64,000 nucleotides of DNA from Octopus vulgaris (taxonomy: Eukaryota). Location: NCBI GenBank assembly GCA_951406725.2, contig OX597815.1:113212001-113276000 (forward strand), written 5' to 3'. Both the position numbers and the translations under genes were made by a program. The number at the start of each line of letters is the position of its first letter. Position 1 is the first letter of the stretch. Below the pieces are notes generated by a model. That model worked only from the letters and a program-made list of their open reading frames with translations, was not told the origin of the DNA and made no database searches. Below, one piece after another: positions 61,675-64,000 of the stretch.

Positions 61675-62038
61675 AAAATGAAGAACAAACACAAAAATCA
61701 ACAACGCGTAGAGTGCTACATGTAAAGTATTAGAAGTATTAGGAGGCGCTCAAAGAAGGAAAGAAAGGTGGTTTTACGTTTCGAGCAAAGCTCTTCTTCG
61801 AAAACAGGAGATCGAGAAAAAGCCAATAGAATAGGAAGACAGAGGGGGGCCAGTGAATCGTTGGCGATTTTTTTCTCCTCCGTCCTCTATTGGACTTTCC
61901 TCTGTCTCCTGTTTCCGAAGAAGAGCTTTACTCGAAACGTAAAACCACCTTTCTTTCTTTCATTGAACGTCTGCTAATACTTTACATGAAGCACGTCCTC
62001 GCGTTGTTCCTTTTTTTTGTTTGTTCTTTGTTTTTTGG
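61675..62038. mobile_element. Fold-back Penelope-like element with a hammerhead-like motif in each arm
   Basis: ~61675-61848 is the imperfect reverse complement of ~61870-62038; the right arm reads GTTT-CCGAAGA-A-GAGC-ttt-ACTC-GAAA-CG-TA-AAAC at ~61911-61945. Confidence 0.75.
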
Positions 62039-62391
62039 ATTTACTATTTACGCACGCTCACACAGACACCCGCCCTTCCGACTGACTTTGGAGTACCTAA
62101 TTCTTTCTACCATCGGATTATATTACCTTTTTCATTCGGAATACGCCATTTCTGCACCTTGATTATGAATCGTTATATATATATATATATATGTATGTAT
62201 GAAGATGGGAAAAGTTGTAACAAGGCCAACGGGAATCGTACCTGTATCAGCTGTAAACCGTATGACCGTGCTAATCATTACATCAAGGCGATATCACAAT
62301 TTCAACTATTAGAAGTCTTAACCTAACAAGCTAGGATTCCTTATGTCGGTGTCAACAGGAAACTCAATCCACACAGTATCAAGGTATGGGG

Positions 62392-62469
<78 letters not shown>

Positions 62470-62499
62470 GTGTGTGTGTGTGTGTGTGCGTTTAAAATT

Positions 62500-63025
62500 A
62501 ACTAGACAAGAATGAAGTACGGAAAGAGAGCAGGATGGCCATCAACCTCCACCACTGACCTGAAGATTCAACAATCTCGAGAGTTAGTTCTGGTCAACCG
62601 ACGAGTGACCATCGAATGAGAGGCATACTCTCTGCAAATTAGTCACGGTTTTGTATACGAAATCATCCACGACAAGTTTCGCTTCCGTAAAGTTTGTGCG
62701 AGATGGCTGCCCAAGGAACTTACCGAAGCGCATAAGAGCAACTGTGAGGTGATTTGTCAACACTTACTCCACCGCTACGACGATGAAGGCGATGTAGCTC
62801 TTTTCGAGAGAGAATACTCACAAAGAATGAGACCGGAGTCTACTGCTTTGAGCCAGAATCCAAAAGGCATAGTGTGACACGGAAACACCCGGAATCGCCA
62901 GTGAAAAAGAAATTCAAAACTCAACCTCCCGCAGAAAAAGTGATGCTAGCTGGGGGGGGGTGTAAAAGGGCTTATATTGGAACATTAACTGGAAAGGGGG
63001 TCTACAGTCACCAGTGTAGATGCAG
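62500..63025 (+). pseudogene. Mariner transposase fragment
   Basis: ERAGWPSTS, NRRVTI, IIHDKFRFRKVCARWLPKELT, FEPESKR and KKKFKTQP.AEKVML with stops and frameshifts. Confidence 0.9.
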
Positions 63026-63091
63026 CTGATCCCTAGATGCCTTTAACAGCGTTCACGCGTATGCAAGCGTTTAGATCAGTCCAATAGTTCC

Positions 63092-63324
63092 TATTTCTTT
63101 ACTACCCACAAGGGGCTAAACACAGAGAGGACAAACAAGGACAGACGAACGGATTAAGTCGATTATATCGACCCCAGTGCATAACTTGGTACTTATTTAA
63201 TCGACCCCGAAAGGATGAAAGGCAAAGTCGACCTCGGCGGAATTTGAACTCGGAACGTAGCGGCAGACGAAATACTGCTAAGCATTTCGCCCGGCGTGCT
63301 AACGTTTCTGCCAGTTCGCCGCCT
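63092..63324 (-). mobile_element. SINE family C, young full-length copy
   Basis: Minus strand GGCGGCGAACTGGCAGAAACGTTAG...GAGTTCAAATTCC; flanked by repeated ATAGTTCCTAT (candidate target-site duplication). Confidence 0.9.
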
Positions 63325-63329
63325 TTGTG

Positions 63330-64000
63330 ATAGTTCCTATCACATGTCATCCATACTTTCTTGGGCAATATATCTGAATGTTAGGTATAGTACTCTTAGT
63401 TAAGAACTTCTGTAATTGCATCACTTAGAAAAAGCATCGATGAGCTCCATATAGTCATAAACTCAAACTGCATCTCATTTACGCTAATTTCCTCCCTAAT
63501 TAGTAGTTCTATATCTCATTTTATCACTTTCTCACCTTTGTTCATCAATTTGATGCTTCTGTAGTTGCTTCCCTCGAGAGCATCCTTTTTGCCTTTGTAG
63601 GTGTTACGATAGTGCCGATGCACCTGGCATTGAATGGCACCTCCCTGCACTACCTAAATCATCTTGTCAGCAACCAGCGCGTATCACATCTCGCCTGACA
63701 TTTTTGTTGTCGCAGCAACTATTCCAGATGACTCTGTTGCTTTCCCTGTCTTCATATCGACCACTTCAGAAGGCTTACTTGAGGCAATTCCTTTCCTATA
63801 CACTTTTCTCATTCAGTAACCTCTTGCAGCATTTCCATGCTTCTTTCTACTTGGCATCTGTGTGGGCAAGTGTGAAGATATCATTCCGCACATACTACTT
63901 TCCACAATTGATATCTTGGTTTGCATTGACAATGTTACATTGCAATCCAGAATACCTAACACCCCCATCTCACGCTTCAAAACATTGACATATCTCCTTA
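63330..64000 (-). mobile_element. RTE-clade LINE reverse transcriptase fragment
   Basis: Minus strand YKGKKDALEGSNYRSIKLMN and IREEISVNEMQFEFM. Confidence 0.8.

Overview
AT-rich, repeat-dense animal genomic DNA. The SINE/LINE repertoire and the giant single-exon C2H2 gene point to a coleoid cephalopod, probably Octopus (inference). There is one intact gene: a 2539-aa C2H2 zinc-finger ORF on the minus strand (21143-28762). It is built from seven copies of nearly the same 3-4-finger module, and a non-coding first exon and promoter probably lie near 45-46 kb. The rest is decayed mobile DNA: RTE, R4/Dong-type, CR1 and possible L1/Tx1 LINE fragments, several SINE families, Tc1, mariner, hAT and piggyBac-type elements, a Helitron helicase remnant, LTR-like pieces and microsatellites. 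The strongest unannotated signal is a set of unrelated short fold-back elements carrying minimal type-I hammerhead ribozyme motifs (Penelope/retrozyme-like). One is a 355-nt terminally redundant, rod-folding monomer with a target-site duplication. Another is a family that joins a tRNA-like Pol III head to a hammerhead tail. All calls were read by eye, and the boundaries of degraded repeats are approximate.
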